64,000 bases of DNA. It comes from Takakia lepidozioides (Eukaryota > Plantae > Bryophyta). The DNA lies in NCBI GenBank assembly GCA_030704615.1, contig CM060731.1:80042001-80106000 (forward strand), in the 5' to 3' direction. The position numbers and the translations under genes were made by a program. Below the pieces are notes generated by a model. The model was given only the letters and a program-made list of their open reading frames with translations. It had not been told where the DNA came from and made no database searches. Positions within the stretch are counted from its first letter, which is position 1. Every line of letters begins with the position of its first letter. Positions 36,575 through 48,480 of the stretch are shown in pieces.

Positions 36575-38640
36575 TTGCCCCTGCTAAGAAAGGGGGTCAA
36601 GGTTCGAAATCAGGGAAGCAATCTGCAACAGGTGCACCGCAAGTGAAAGTGAGGGGACCCAATTGGACAGAACAGGAGGCACTTATCCTCATTGAGCAGA
36701 AGAGGATTAAGTATGAAGGTTACCACCACCCTCTAACTCATACCACGGAGAAATTTGTCTACGGGAAATATGCGTGGAGGGCCATTCTTGCTGGCTGTAT
36801 GGCGCACACAGACTTCAGAGGCCGTGACATCGACCAGATCACAAACAAATGGGACACGCTGATTAAGGAATTCAAAAATCTTCAAGACTACCTTAACTCA
36901 TCAGGAGCTACAGAATTGTGGGGGTTATCCAAAATTGAAAAGAAGGTGTTGTCCAAGCAGCGGAAGTTGCCACTGGAGTTCACTCACGCAATGTACTTGA
37001 CCATGGAGCCCTGGTATGGGCAAAGAACCATCTGTAGCACAACGATGAATGTCATAGACACCGACAAACGGCCTGGTGCTATACCTATGCGCTATGGGAG
37101 AGCTGCAGCTGGAGCACCGATACACTCAAGTGCACCTTCTCCCAATGCGTCTGCTGGCAGGGCTTCCCCTCTAGACATTCGGCAGGTGCAGGCACTGACA
37201 CACGTTCCTCTCAGACTGTAGGAACACCTCCGTTTGTTGTCACTCCAGGAGACAATACTTCTGGCTCAACTGGACGAAAACACAAACAATCAGGTACCGA
37301 TAACTTGTGTGACTTTGTAAAAGACTTCAACAATGAGTATCTATCCAGGGCTGAGATGCAAGAGGCTGACAAGTTCGTCCGAAAAACTTAGCAAGCTTGA
37401 CAGAGACTGCTTTTGAGGAGATGGCAGATTGTTTCCTCCGCCATCAATGGATGCAATTTGGCAATTTCAGGTCTTACACCAAATTTTAAAAAAAAACTTC
37501 ACAACCTGCGGATGGACTTGCTGCACGGAAGCGAAGAGGCTCGGGAAAGTATCACGCAAGACGCCATGATGTGGTTTGTGACTGTGCAGGAGCGTGCGGT
37601 TTTTGATATTGCATTCAACAAACGACATGCTTTCCAAGTGCTCTGGAGCGGTTTTCCAGCAGAGGACCGTGTTGCTGCTTTGGGAGAGCTTGACGAGGCC
37701 TTCATGGATCGGCTGATGAAAGATATTGGGCTGTGGACCACAGTCCTAGATCATGGTATGTCATCGGACCTAACAGACCTTGTTAATAGACCTTTTACAC
37801 AGACCTTCTAACCAGACCTTGTAAACAGACCTTTGACACAGACCTTTTAAACAGACCTTGACGTTGACCACGAACGCAGACCTTCTAGCAGACTTTATGA
37901 ACCATGACAACCAACAGAGCCCCATGTGCATCAAACCCCCATGTATTCTTCCGTTTGTTAGCAGACCAGGGATGAGTGCTTTGTTTTTGATATGTTTGTG
38001 ACATGTTGCAGAGTGTGATCCAGAGGACGAGCTTGTTCGGAATGCTCTTGACTAGTGCCAAGGTGATGGGTGCCCACTGATCTGGAAAGGTCTGCCCATG
38101 TCCGATCTGGAAGTTGTTATCTGCAAAGGTCTGCATAACCAAGGTCTCCCCGGTAATTTCGGGTAAGGTGTGCAATGCCTCCACGAAAGTCTATTTTGGC
38201 AACGAAAAGTTTTTGTCACCCACATTCTCTGGCTTGGGATCACTGGCAATCCAGTCGGGGGCAATCCAGTCGGGGGTCTATTGGTTGGCATGTCGGTACT
38301 TGGGATTTGGCTAGGAAGGGTCTGCTCGCTGCGGGTCTCTTGGGTCTCCATGGGAGTTGGGTTCTGTGTGTCTGCTGTTGTACGAACTCCAATGAGCCTA
38401 CACTTAACGGGTGACTCGACTCCAGTATGGCCACGGAGGGCTCGTAGAAGCTGCCTTGCGCCATTGGCGTAACATCCTCACTCTAGACCAGGATCATGAG
38501 GCCAGACTCCGATTGAAGGACAATGCGACATCAAACATGGAGGAACGTCTGTACGAGGTGGAAGTCCAGAAAACACAAAACTTAGGGAACATGACACAAG
38601 CTTTGTTAATGATGGCTTCCTCCATGGAGTCTCTCACCAG
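36575..38640 (+). pseudogene. Myb/SANT (trihelix-like) gene of a PIF/Harbinger element, 5' end replaced by LTR
   Basis: RGPNWTEQEALILI...YAWRAI...RDIDQITNKWDTLIKEFK. Further coding-like pieces at 37222-37380, 37413-37755 and 38411-38640 (coiled-coil-like). Convergent with a Harbinger transposase. Confidence 0.75.
37766..37897 (+). repeat. Tandem ~13-bp CAGACCTT motif cluster
   Basis: About 9 copies of (C/T)AGACCTT; inverted AAGGTCT copies at 38087-38147. Confidence 0.8.
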
Positions 38641-38749
38641 GTGCACCAATACATCACAATTCTACCATGCTTACAATTATGTCCTTATGCTTCTGTAATC
38701 TTCTGCATCCTGCAGAGGTAGGAAATTTTGTTTTTGTCTTATATTCTAC

Positions 38750-39490
38750 TGTCTTCTACACGTGGAAGAGCAATGAATTGGTGAACCTTTATAGAGACTG
38801 CTGTAATATCAAAGACGACAGATCAGAGCTCTGGTCTAGATATTACCAGCTGCGAAAGATGAAATGCAAAGGCTCAAAAGAAAACTATTGGGAAGAGTTG
38901 TACTATGACATTAACTTGAACCACCACGGTAGTAAATGATAAAAGATTCTGGTTGGCCTTCAGCATTCATATAGGTCAAAAATGGGTCAGCAAGCTTTAA
39001 TGATAACAAGGTGCTGTTGTGACTTCTATGGTTGAGATTGTGAAAACCTTGGAAACGCCTTCTTGGCTGTGAATCTAATTCTAACTCTAATTAGTGAGGG
39101 GTTTTTTAAAGAATGAAAGGATACAGTAGAAAGACCATTCCCAAGACAGCCCTGATGAACTGCAGTATAGCACAAAGGGATTAGCTCTTCTGAACTTGTT
39201 TCCAGTTTGTGACATATGTGAGGACTTTAAGGATGATCTGAAGGGCCAACCTACCATTGGCACTAGAATGAAATTAAAACCCAGCGTGGGGAGTCTACCT
39301 TCAAACAACAAACAGATGTAGAGAGGAAAGGGAGATTGTCAATACCCAACGTGTGGGGTGCCCTGAAGACAACATCCATTTATGATACAATGTCTAGGGT
39401 ATTCTCATCAGCGACCCTCTTCAGGACCATCAAGAACACAGTCCTTGCACCTCTGTATAAGCAAATGAAATGCTTTAGAGGGTAAATGCT
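38750..39490 (+). mobile_element. Internally deleted fragment of the same LINE family as 117-2600
   Basis: ELWSRYYQLRK vs ELWARYYQIRK. QDSPDELQYSTKG vs QDSPDELEYISKG, joined directly to LNLFPVCDICEDFKDDLKGQPTIG vs LNLFPVCDMGEDIMDDLKGLPTLG, so the RT is deleted. Confidence 0.85.
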
Positions 39491-40952
39491 AAAGTAGTAC
39501 CGCCAGAGTACAAGCACGTTGTTTTAGTTCGTGTTTAGAATTTCCCCTTCTCACTGTCCGACACAAATCATTGCCCGCCTCTCTGTGATGCGTTGGTGAT
39601 GATCTCTTTTTAACTTTTTGCTGGTTCAGGTCTCTCGTAGGCCTTTGCTGTTTTGCACCTTGTGTGGTGGTAGACACAAGGACTGATTCACTCAAATATC
39701 CTGCTGAAAATGATTACAATACCTTGGCATTTAGAAGCCATCATAGGATAGTACATAAAAAGAACCCATAAGAAACTCAAAGTTGAGGTCTTTGTAATCT
39801 CAGGGACACTTTAGTTGCTGGTTAAACTCAAACAATATTGTTCCAACCAAGGACTCCAAGGATGAACTTTACTCTTGGGCACCATAAATTTGGTTAATGT
39901 TGCTGGCAGGGAAGGCTTGGATGAATGACTTGTTGAACCCTTCCACCCAAGCAGTCATTACTCAATGCTATGCAACACATGCTTATTTGCCAGTGGGTAA
40001 GTTGCTATTTCAAAAGACCCACCTGCCATCCTTCTCTCCTTCTCCAAGGAGAATCTGGGCCCTCCCCTGCTTCCACCTACTTTGGTGGATTCAAAGGTCT
40101 ACATCATCCTGCAGTAGAATGCAGTCTCTTGGAGCCCTGGCCCACAGTGTCATGAGACAGTAGGTGCTGCTGCAGTGCAACAACAGTTGTTCATCTCGAT
40201 CTGTTGCTGCTTGGGTCCAGTTTGCACCATAACTATCACTTTGCACTTGCAAATCAGATACTGCACTATAGAAGTGTGATGGTTTCACGCCCATTTAGTT
40301 ACACCCTCACTAGCATTGTGCTCGTCTGGTCTCACCTCAGTGGTGGACTCGCTCTCTCGAAGGATTCTTGAAAGCTTGAAGCCACAAGCGAGCCAAACAC
40401 TATTATGTTGTTTTTGGAATAGGGTTAGCCGAGTAATTAGCATGTAGAAGGTCTTACAACTACTCTCTATTTGCTGCATTTGAGGAAACAAACCCAGAGC
40501 CAAAAAACATCCCAAAATCAACCACTGCTCAAGGGAGTGAAGTGGTACAAAGAAAGAAGGAAACTTTGTAATTTCCAGATGAGCCCATAGGGCCCATGGA
40601 GAAAGTAGAACAACAAGAAATGCCCATCAAAGAATAGAAGGAGATCGTTACATCTGCTGGCAGCCTCTGGGTTCCAAACGAGATTACCAAACCCACCCCT
40701 GTCATAGTAAAGTTCTGACTCAATTAAAAGTAAGGAACTTCCTGCAGACCAAAGGAAGAACCTTGTGCAGGTATGTTGCTGAGCTATTCTGGTCCTCAAA
40801 GCAAGAGAGGATTTAATGATAAATTGCATGATGGCCATGATTGCATGTGGCGTCTGTCCCCTGCAAAGCTGTTTTGAGTTTGAGGTAACTGGATGCAGAG
40901 AGTGCCATGCTTGCATCATGCTGGTCCCCCAGCTGTGTGGGCTCTTCTACGA

Positions 40953-42298
40953 TTAAACCTCACATTCTGTACTCTCACCAGATAATCCAGTATGTCCTCT
41001 CGGGCCATTCTGCCCTCTTGAAAGTAGTTGTCTTTCCTTTGTTATTGTAGCCATACCTCGTGGCATTTCTGGTGGTGCGGCCTGTGCCTCCACATTGTCA
41101 GCCATTATTGCAATAGTTGGAGCCATTTGACACTCCACCAGAATTTCGTCCAGACTTTTATCCTTGCTAGCCAGTAGTATATTATGCAATATACAACAAC
41201 AGTGTATAACCTGTGGTAGAAACTCTAATGCCAATCTTGTCTTCATTCCAATCTCCTTGCAACGGCCCTTAAGAATACCGAAGGCCCTTTCTATGGCCAT
41301 CCTAGTTGCAGAGTGCTTTCTATTGAACCACATTTCCTCTTGGCTCAAAGGTCTTCCCATAACATCTTGCTTAAATGGAGTGATAAGCCACTTGGAGAGT
41401 GGGTATCCTCTGTCACCAACAATGTAAGGGGGAAACGGAAGTCTGGATGGTAACAATGTTGGATCCATACTGAGACCAAACATGATGCCCTCCTCAACCT
41501 TGCGATATAGTTCTGAGCATTTCAGGTGGTAGGAGTCATGTATACTGCCGGGCACCCCAATGTTTAGAGACGTGAAGTAACACCTCGAGTCAACCACTCC
41601 CTGTAATAAGACACTGAAAGACTTGTTCCTGTTCCTATGGTCAGCCGCAATCTTTGTATCTTTTGGTGCACGGATGTAGATGTGGCTCCCATCTATTGCC
41701 CCCAGACAATTCGGGAGCCACTGCTTCTTCTCAAAGTCTCTTGTGATTTTTTCCAGCCTGCGGCCAGTTGGCCAGGATATGAGGTGCCCGAGTACATGAC
41801 AAATTGCAAGGATTACCTCCCTCATGATGTCGTAGACTGTAGATCGACCAATCCCTGCTTTATCTGCAACGAGTGTGCAAGTATGGCCATGCATGAGTTT
41901 GTATAGGGTGACAACTACCTTCTTTCAACACTTATTGGCTCCCTCCACTTTGTGTGCTGGCCTTGCACATATGGCCGCAAGTCATCACAGAGTTTCGCAA
42001 ATGTCCTACGTCGCATCCTCACAATATCAAACCACATTTCTTGGGTATACACATCGAATAGAAATGTGTCAAACCAACAAGTTGACCTGGGTTTAACATA
42101 CCACAGATTGTTCAATATGTTCAAGTGCCAAGCCATAAGATCCAACACTGTTTTGTAATGAGGCACTCCTTCAATTTCACCATCCTCATCCCATTTGTAG
42201 ATAGCTTGTCTGGTCATAAGGTCTTGCTCCTCATCACAATCTCTTTTTCTTTTTTCTGTCAGCATGAGACATGCCAGCTTGAATGTTGTTAGAGCCAA
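40953..42298 (-). pseudogene. PIF/Harbinger DDE transposase (frameshift near 41900)
   Basis: VRMRRRTFAKLCDDL...EPISVERR; GIGRSTV; CLGAIDGSHI; NRNKSFSVLLQGVVD; PGSIHDS; IVGDRGYPL...LITPF; FNRKHSATRMAIERAFGILKGR; CCILHN. Confidence 0.93.
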
Positions 42299-43741
42299 CT
42301 AGTGTAATGTTTAAGGCTGCCAACACCATGTCTGCCATGGAAAATAATAGAGACAAGATTAGTAGGAGCTGAGGTAATGATCTCAAGGCATTCATTGTGT
42401 TGTGGCCCAGGGGACTTGTTGGATCAGATGTTAGCAGGGGCCCAGCTCAGGGTCAATGGGAGCATTTGCAGGTGGCCATTCAAGAGGCATGGGTGGTGGC
42501 CAATCTGGAGCTGGCATGGGTGGTGACCATGGAGGAGGAATGTTCGAAGGCGGCAATTCTCGGGGAATGGCAGGGGGCTCTTCTGGCATCATGTTTATAC
42601 CAGCCCGTGATCGTAGACAGAAGGCACCTATGGAGGTGGGCAGTGACAGTGACGAAGAAGGGTCATGAACAAGTGCTGGAGGTGGAGGCTGGGGATGCAC
42701 ATCTCCCTGGTGCTGCACTTGACCACTTAGTTGGTAGTTAGTAGCATGAGGTGAAGAGAGCATTATAGGCGCTCATTTTGGAATCATAGCAACCTGGACA
42801 TCATTTCTACTGTACGTACGTTTGTGAACAACATCATATGGTGTACAATCTGTGCCATTCAAGATTATAGATCAGAGATGCATAGTTTTCTTTGTGAGTT
42901 TGATCTCATTGTATTTTCCTCAGTTTAAGAAATGGGCATTCTTTGTCATATGTGCAAAGTCTAAATTCCCATTTGTGGGGATGCTAGTATATGCCTGGAA
43001 AAAGAGAGGGTGATATGGAAGGGTAGGGGACAAGAGGGGAATATGAATGAATTGTACTTGATTTTGTACTCCATGAATATCGTTGTCCACTGCAGCAAAA
43101 CGCTGTCTGGATTCAGCAAGGGGGTGTTGGTTGATGTCAAAACTCGTGAAATTTTTTGTTATGCCCAAATCTCCAGCTGCATGATCCTCCGCCTATCACA
43201 CATAATACATCGGTTTTTAAAGTAGCAGCTAGAAGTTTTTTTGTGAGGAAAGAAGGGAATACACTAGATGTGACCTTTAGAATCATAATGTCAAAACTCA
43301 AATTTGGCGAGCTAGGATAAGCCGATTCTATCAGGACCAGTGGACAACCAACTGCAAACAGTCCAGAGCAGAGTGTGCTTGCCATGGGCAACCAACTGCA
43401 AACAATCCAGAGTAGAGCAGGCAAGCACACTGCCTTTCAACAGAAGGTATGTCTCAACCACCACTTGAGAGGCCTCAACCATGAGATGGTGGCAGTCGTT
43501 TGTGACTGCGATAAATGATCCTAGGGGCCAACCAAGACCATGATCACTGAAATAGCCAGCACCAACGTAGTAAAAGAGATCATGTCCAAGTAGCCATTGA
43601 AGCAGACAGGATAAATAGCTGCATAAAGATCCAATGTTCAGAGTTTACGTGTGCTCACAGCCTACAGGGTCTTTCCTTTTTGTTATGTATATTCTTACAG
43701 TAAATGATTAGGCATGCCACTTTGGTACAAATATCCTTTAG

Positions 43742-43940
43742 CTTTAACACACAACAGATTGATGCTTATGTGAAGGGCTTTCTAGAGGATATATGGAAAG
43801 TCCAAACTAACTGTTAATATGAAGGTAAGTTGCACTACTGGAGTGAGCCCCTCACAAAGGTAGGGCCTATTCCCTATGTTACCATCCAACTGGGATGGCC
43901 ACAAGGCTACAACAAACAAAGTCGTAAGATTACATTCTAT
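43742..43940 (+). mobile_element. 3' end fragment of the LINE family at 117-2600
   Basis: Diverged match to the reverse complement of 117-325 (ACAGATTGATGCTT...TTTCTAGAGGATAT...ATGGCCACAAGGCTA...TACATTCTAT). Confidence 0.8.
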
Positions 43941-44980
43941 ATAACCCATAGAGGCTGACTATGACAGACTCTAATGTCAAACTGGCCTGACTTTGATGGT
44001 ACAAAGCAGGGTGGATATATCTGGTCCAACAAAATCTGCTGTAAATAATGTGGTCATAGGCTCTTTCTTAAGATCCAAGAGGGGCACCAAAGTATAAGCC
44101 TGGCTCAGCACCCCTTATTAGTGTAGTATTGGTTATGTGCAGGGTTGGATACTGTTATGCACCCCTTAATTGCACTTTGCCGGAATGTGGAGACTATGTG
44201 TTCAATTTTCATATCACACTCTCCACATTTTGCTGGTGGAGCTGATGTTGAGTATGTGACTACAGACTCTCAAGAAACACCGTTCTGAGCTGGATGCTCA
44301 GAAAAAAACATGCAGAACTCAAGAAGAAAATAGGTGAGTTGCTCACTGCAGAGGTAAGTCAAGTCCTTCACAGCCTACCATTGTCACTCTCCAGTTTAGT
44401 TTGAAGTTTTTTTCAAAGGCTCTCGAAGGAAGATGCTGTGACAGTCTCATACATAGAATTGACCCAATCTTCCCCAGTACTTTGATGTTGGAGGGGTTCA
44501 TCATCAGATGGTTTGCTGAGGTGATCCACACAAGGTTGCGGTTCGGGCACCATCTGAGGATATCTAGTAGAATTGGACAACTGAGAAAGGTGAGGCATGT
44601 GACCACAACTTTGCACCCCTCTGAAAACCTGTAGTATCATGCATTCAGCCTTGCAGGGTCCCACACTGCCTGTAGGTTATCTTTTCTAATTTATGGTTCT
44701 TTGCACATGCAGGTGGATGCTGAGGACAAACTGAAATACATCAAGGAGGCAGTAAAGAAAGAGTTCTGCAAGAAGGAAGTGAAGGAGCTAAGCAAAAAGC
44801 TATGTGAACATGTGGAGCAGTCAGTCTCTATCATTGGAGCTCTTGGGGCACTGATATTGTTTCAGTAACTAACACCTGTTTTGAGGGGTGTGGTTGGGAC
44901 ATGGTGGTTATAGGGTGTTTGAAATTAGGGGGAGGGAGGAAATGAGTGGAGGCCCGTCGAGGAAGTGGGGGCCTGGAAAG

Positions 44981-45013
44981 AAAGAAAGAAATGAAATGAA
45001 ATGGTGCTTTATA
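44981..45013 (-). repeat. Retroposon 3' tail matching that at 3361-3391
   Basis: GAAATGAAATGAAATGGTGCTTTATA is shared; the upstream body is not clearly alignable. Confidence 0.55.
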
Positions 45014-46279
45014 AAGTTCTAAAGAGAGAGGAAGTCTAAGAAAGTCTAAAGTTCGCGGGAAGGGAAGATATGAGATGAAAAGATACTTTATAAATGAAAT
45101 GCCTTTGTAACATCCACATGGGCCCCCAAGATAATCCTTGATATCTTCTGTTAGACCTTGTAGCAGCAACATACTGGGTATATATGCATACACCTTCACA
45201 AAGAAACAAGCTTACCCATGTGTGCAACTTGGCCTTCCTCTTTACTAAGGAGAGAACGACAAAGAATAGCACAGTGGTGAGGGCACAGTCTCCACCCTCT
45301 CAAGAGCTCGGGTATAATTTAGCTAAGCCTCTATTTGAGGGTGACTGACAAGGGTTTTTCTAAAAGGGTATGAATATCTTCAGCGTGCTCTCAATGCATG
45401 GTGGGTGCAGATCTGATATACAATACAATTCTACTACCTTGCACTCTCTCATTCGAAAACTCACAACTAATGACTACCAAAGTGTAGCACCTGTATTAAC
45501 TGCAGCAGAATCTGGCTATTCTCGTGAGTGCTCAATTATGCTACATTGTCGAAACGATTAGCGAGGGCCCTGCAAAAGATTTCAAACTGTGAATAATTAT
45601 GGTGCTCATTGTTATCCACTGAGGCATAGGTTGGGGATGTGAAGCCTCTTGAAGTCTTGCTTGAGATCACTGCAGTCCTCATTGAGCTCGTCGAGGAGGT
45701 ACATATCAATGAGGGGTAGAAGTGAATTCACTGCCGCATAGACACTTTGCCTGCGCCCATCTGTCGATCAGGCAATGTGTTCTTGTGCTATATGGCCTGT
45801 AACAACAGCCACATTTCACAATCAGAAGGGCATGTTACAGTTGAAGTAGATATGTACCTAAATCCAAAAAAAATCCTATTGGGTGGGGAGTGACATTATT
45901 GAATAGTGGCGTGATTGACAATGTTTGGAGGCTTACCCATTTTCGTTTGAAGAAAGAGATTCTTGTCTGCCTCTGAGTGGGAGTAATAGCCAAAACAGAA
46001 TAGTTTATAGCCATGCCGAAAATCCTGAGGTCTGTCACCCAATTGCCACAATTACAACACAATTTGAGGCTCAACCCACAACCATCTAGAGCTCTGAGTG
46101 AAACTATGGTGGCTCATTAGCAGTACACCTGGGTTTGTAATTAAGAAGGAAGGAAGGCATCTAGTCAGCAAACAGACCAATCTCACAGCAAGTGCACAGA
46201 TACTTCAAGCCTGGCCATATGTTCCTAACAATGATTTGAAATCACATAAAACAGAGACGATCGAAACAGTCTCACTGCT

Positions 46280-46349
46280 ATAACTACCCTCCAGTGCTGG
46301 CATGTCTGCTTGATATAACTACCCTCCAGTGCTGGCATGTCTGCTTGAT
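46280..46349. repeat. Perfect 35-bp tandem duplication
   Basis: ATAACTACCCTCCAGTGCTGGCATGTCTGCTTGAT x2. Confidence 0.95.
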
Positions 46350-48280
46350 GAGGCGAGAGTTCAACACCACCAGTAGTGTTCCATTGCGAGATTAATGTGA
46401 ACCCAGCTAATATAGAACCCAAGTTTGACACTGAGTGACGGTGACTGATGGGATAGAGAAGCAATGAGTGATGTTCATTTTAGCACCCCGAATTGTGACA
46501 AACCATATGCAGTTGTTCTGGAGAGTAGGCAATGGACGGACATTCCAAGAAGTATAATAGGCAGAATAATTTGTGACATATGATTTCCTGCTTGGTGACC
46601 ACTGTGCATTACAGCTATTGGGATTCACTACACTACTTCATGACAACAGCCAAAAGGTTCTTGTGAAGGAATGCAAAATCTCACCCAAAATCGAGTTCGC
46701 GAAGTCTCTGCTGCATGTCTGCTCACGAATGGTGGATCCACGATGAAGAGCAGATGGAATTCTGAGCCCTTGCGAATTCGAACTAAACCTGCACGGGATT
46801 TCGCAGCACTGCCGTGCATCCTGTATGTTCCCCTCATGTGTACGAATGGTTATTACGCGTTCCCAAGAAAAACTGTGAGCGAAGAATGAACGCACGAGTG
46901 ATGAAATCTTTTTTGCACCGGTTCTATAGCCGGCAGGTGCGGCGTCAGGTTAAAGGAGGTTGGGGGTCAACGCACTTCCGTTTTCCTATAAACCCGCTCA
47001 TCCAAAATGCCCTGTTACTAACCTCTACGGCTCCTTAACCCGGTAGGTGCGGCCTGGCCGGAAGTAAGTTAGATTAGCATACTGCAACTTTCACCTGAGG
47101 TGATGTAAGTGACCCTGGCACCCCATTGATGCAACAGTCTCAACACGTCATAACACGACAGTTATGGCGTGTATTTCCGTTTTCAAACATGTCACCCCTC
47201 TAAACGGTGGCTTTTGCTCACACTGCTCCAAGCCCACAAGAGACAGACAGCTTTGTTCTCATCTCCACAAAAATCCCATTTGAGGGTTTCATTCAATCAG
47301 GAGCTTTAATGGTGACAGGCCATGTTGACGATAGACAAAATGGCCCATGAAGGGCATTTACCCCTTCAATCTGCACCCCTTACCACTGGGATTGCCAAGC
47401 CATTAAAGCACCATCTGGCATGCAGGACACTTGAAAGCGAGAGAAGGATGAAGCTACTCATTCGGATTGTGTTTGCATCTCAAATGACAAAGACCCACTT
47501 GAGAGCTGAGCTCCATGGATGATCGCCTCTCCCAACTATCTGCTCAGTGCTGCTCATTTAGAGCACAACCCATGATGAGCATTCGCTAAGTACTAAGTAC
47601 TAGTAGATTGTCGTTGTTGCATGTCGATCAGAGATAGTGAATGGCGTAGTATGATGATCCATCATACCGCTCACTCATGCTGCATGCAGACGTGGAGCCA
47701 GACTTCGTTGTCCCTATCCATGCCAGCCTATACCTCTTACAATAATGGTATCTGCGCTTTGACCAACTTCCAACACAAAAGTGCCAGTCTGACTTCAGAC
47801 TTGAGAAGCAGAAGAAGAGGTGGAGGGAGGTAACTGGTAACATGTTTAGAGAATTCAGTGCACGATTGAGCACGTCACTAATAAGGACTAATCTCCTGGG
47901 GACCTGCAGGCAAGCCCGCCGCCAGCTGACTCCAGTCTGACCCTGCAGAAATAAGTTAACACATATGATGTAAGATGTTAGCTCTGCATTAGGGGTGCTC
48001 TGGGGAATCGGGATCCAGCAGCCATGACTGCGGATGCGCGCTGATGAGGGGCTCCATCTCCAAGGCAGGATCTACGCATTGCGTTCGTCGGTTGTCTCCT
48101 GAAAGAATGATAGCTTATATTGGCCGACAATGCGGCCAAAAGGGCAACACCAGACAACAAAGTCGAGCTTGGACTCTGGAGCTCTGCAGCCAAGCAAAAC
48201 TCGGTTGAAAGGTACTAAGTACCAAGCTCCTGGGAACATTCTAGACTAAATGCAGCTCTACGCAGAAATAAAATAAAATA

Positions 48281-48480
48281 CCGTACTTACCTAGCTTATT
48301 AGGCAATAATTAATTCAAAATCAAGTGCCTAATTATTATTATTATTATTATTATTAAATAAAAATGTGCCTAAATCTTGGAAAATGCTCCTGAGAAGTGC
48401 CTAATTGCTCGAAAACTGTGAAAAATACCAAAATGTCCAAAAAATGCCTACAATTTAAAAATGCCTACAATTACTCAACA
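48281..48480. mobile_element. One-ended remnant related to the MITE at 8075-8505
   Basis: TA|CCGTA...TAGC..ATTAGGCA start and repeated TGCCTA motifs; the second TIR was not found. Confidence 0.45.

Noticed and set aside
43200-45310. Exon-like pieces on + strand (e.g. 44266-44333, 44713-44866 VDAEDKLKYIKEAVKKEF)
   Set aside because: Splice-like borders are present, but there are stops and frameshifts and no recognisable product, so no gene model could be built.
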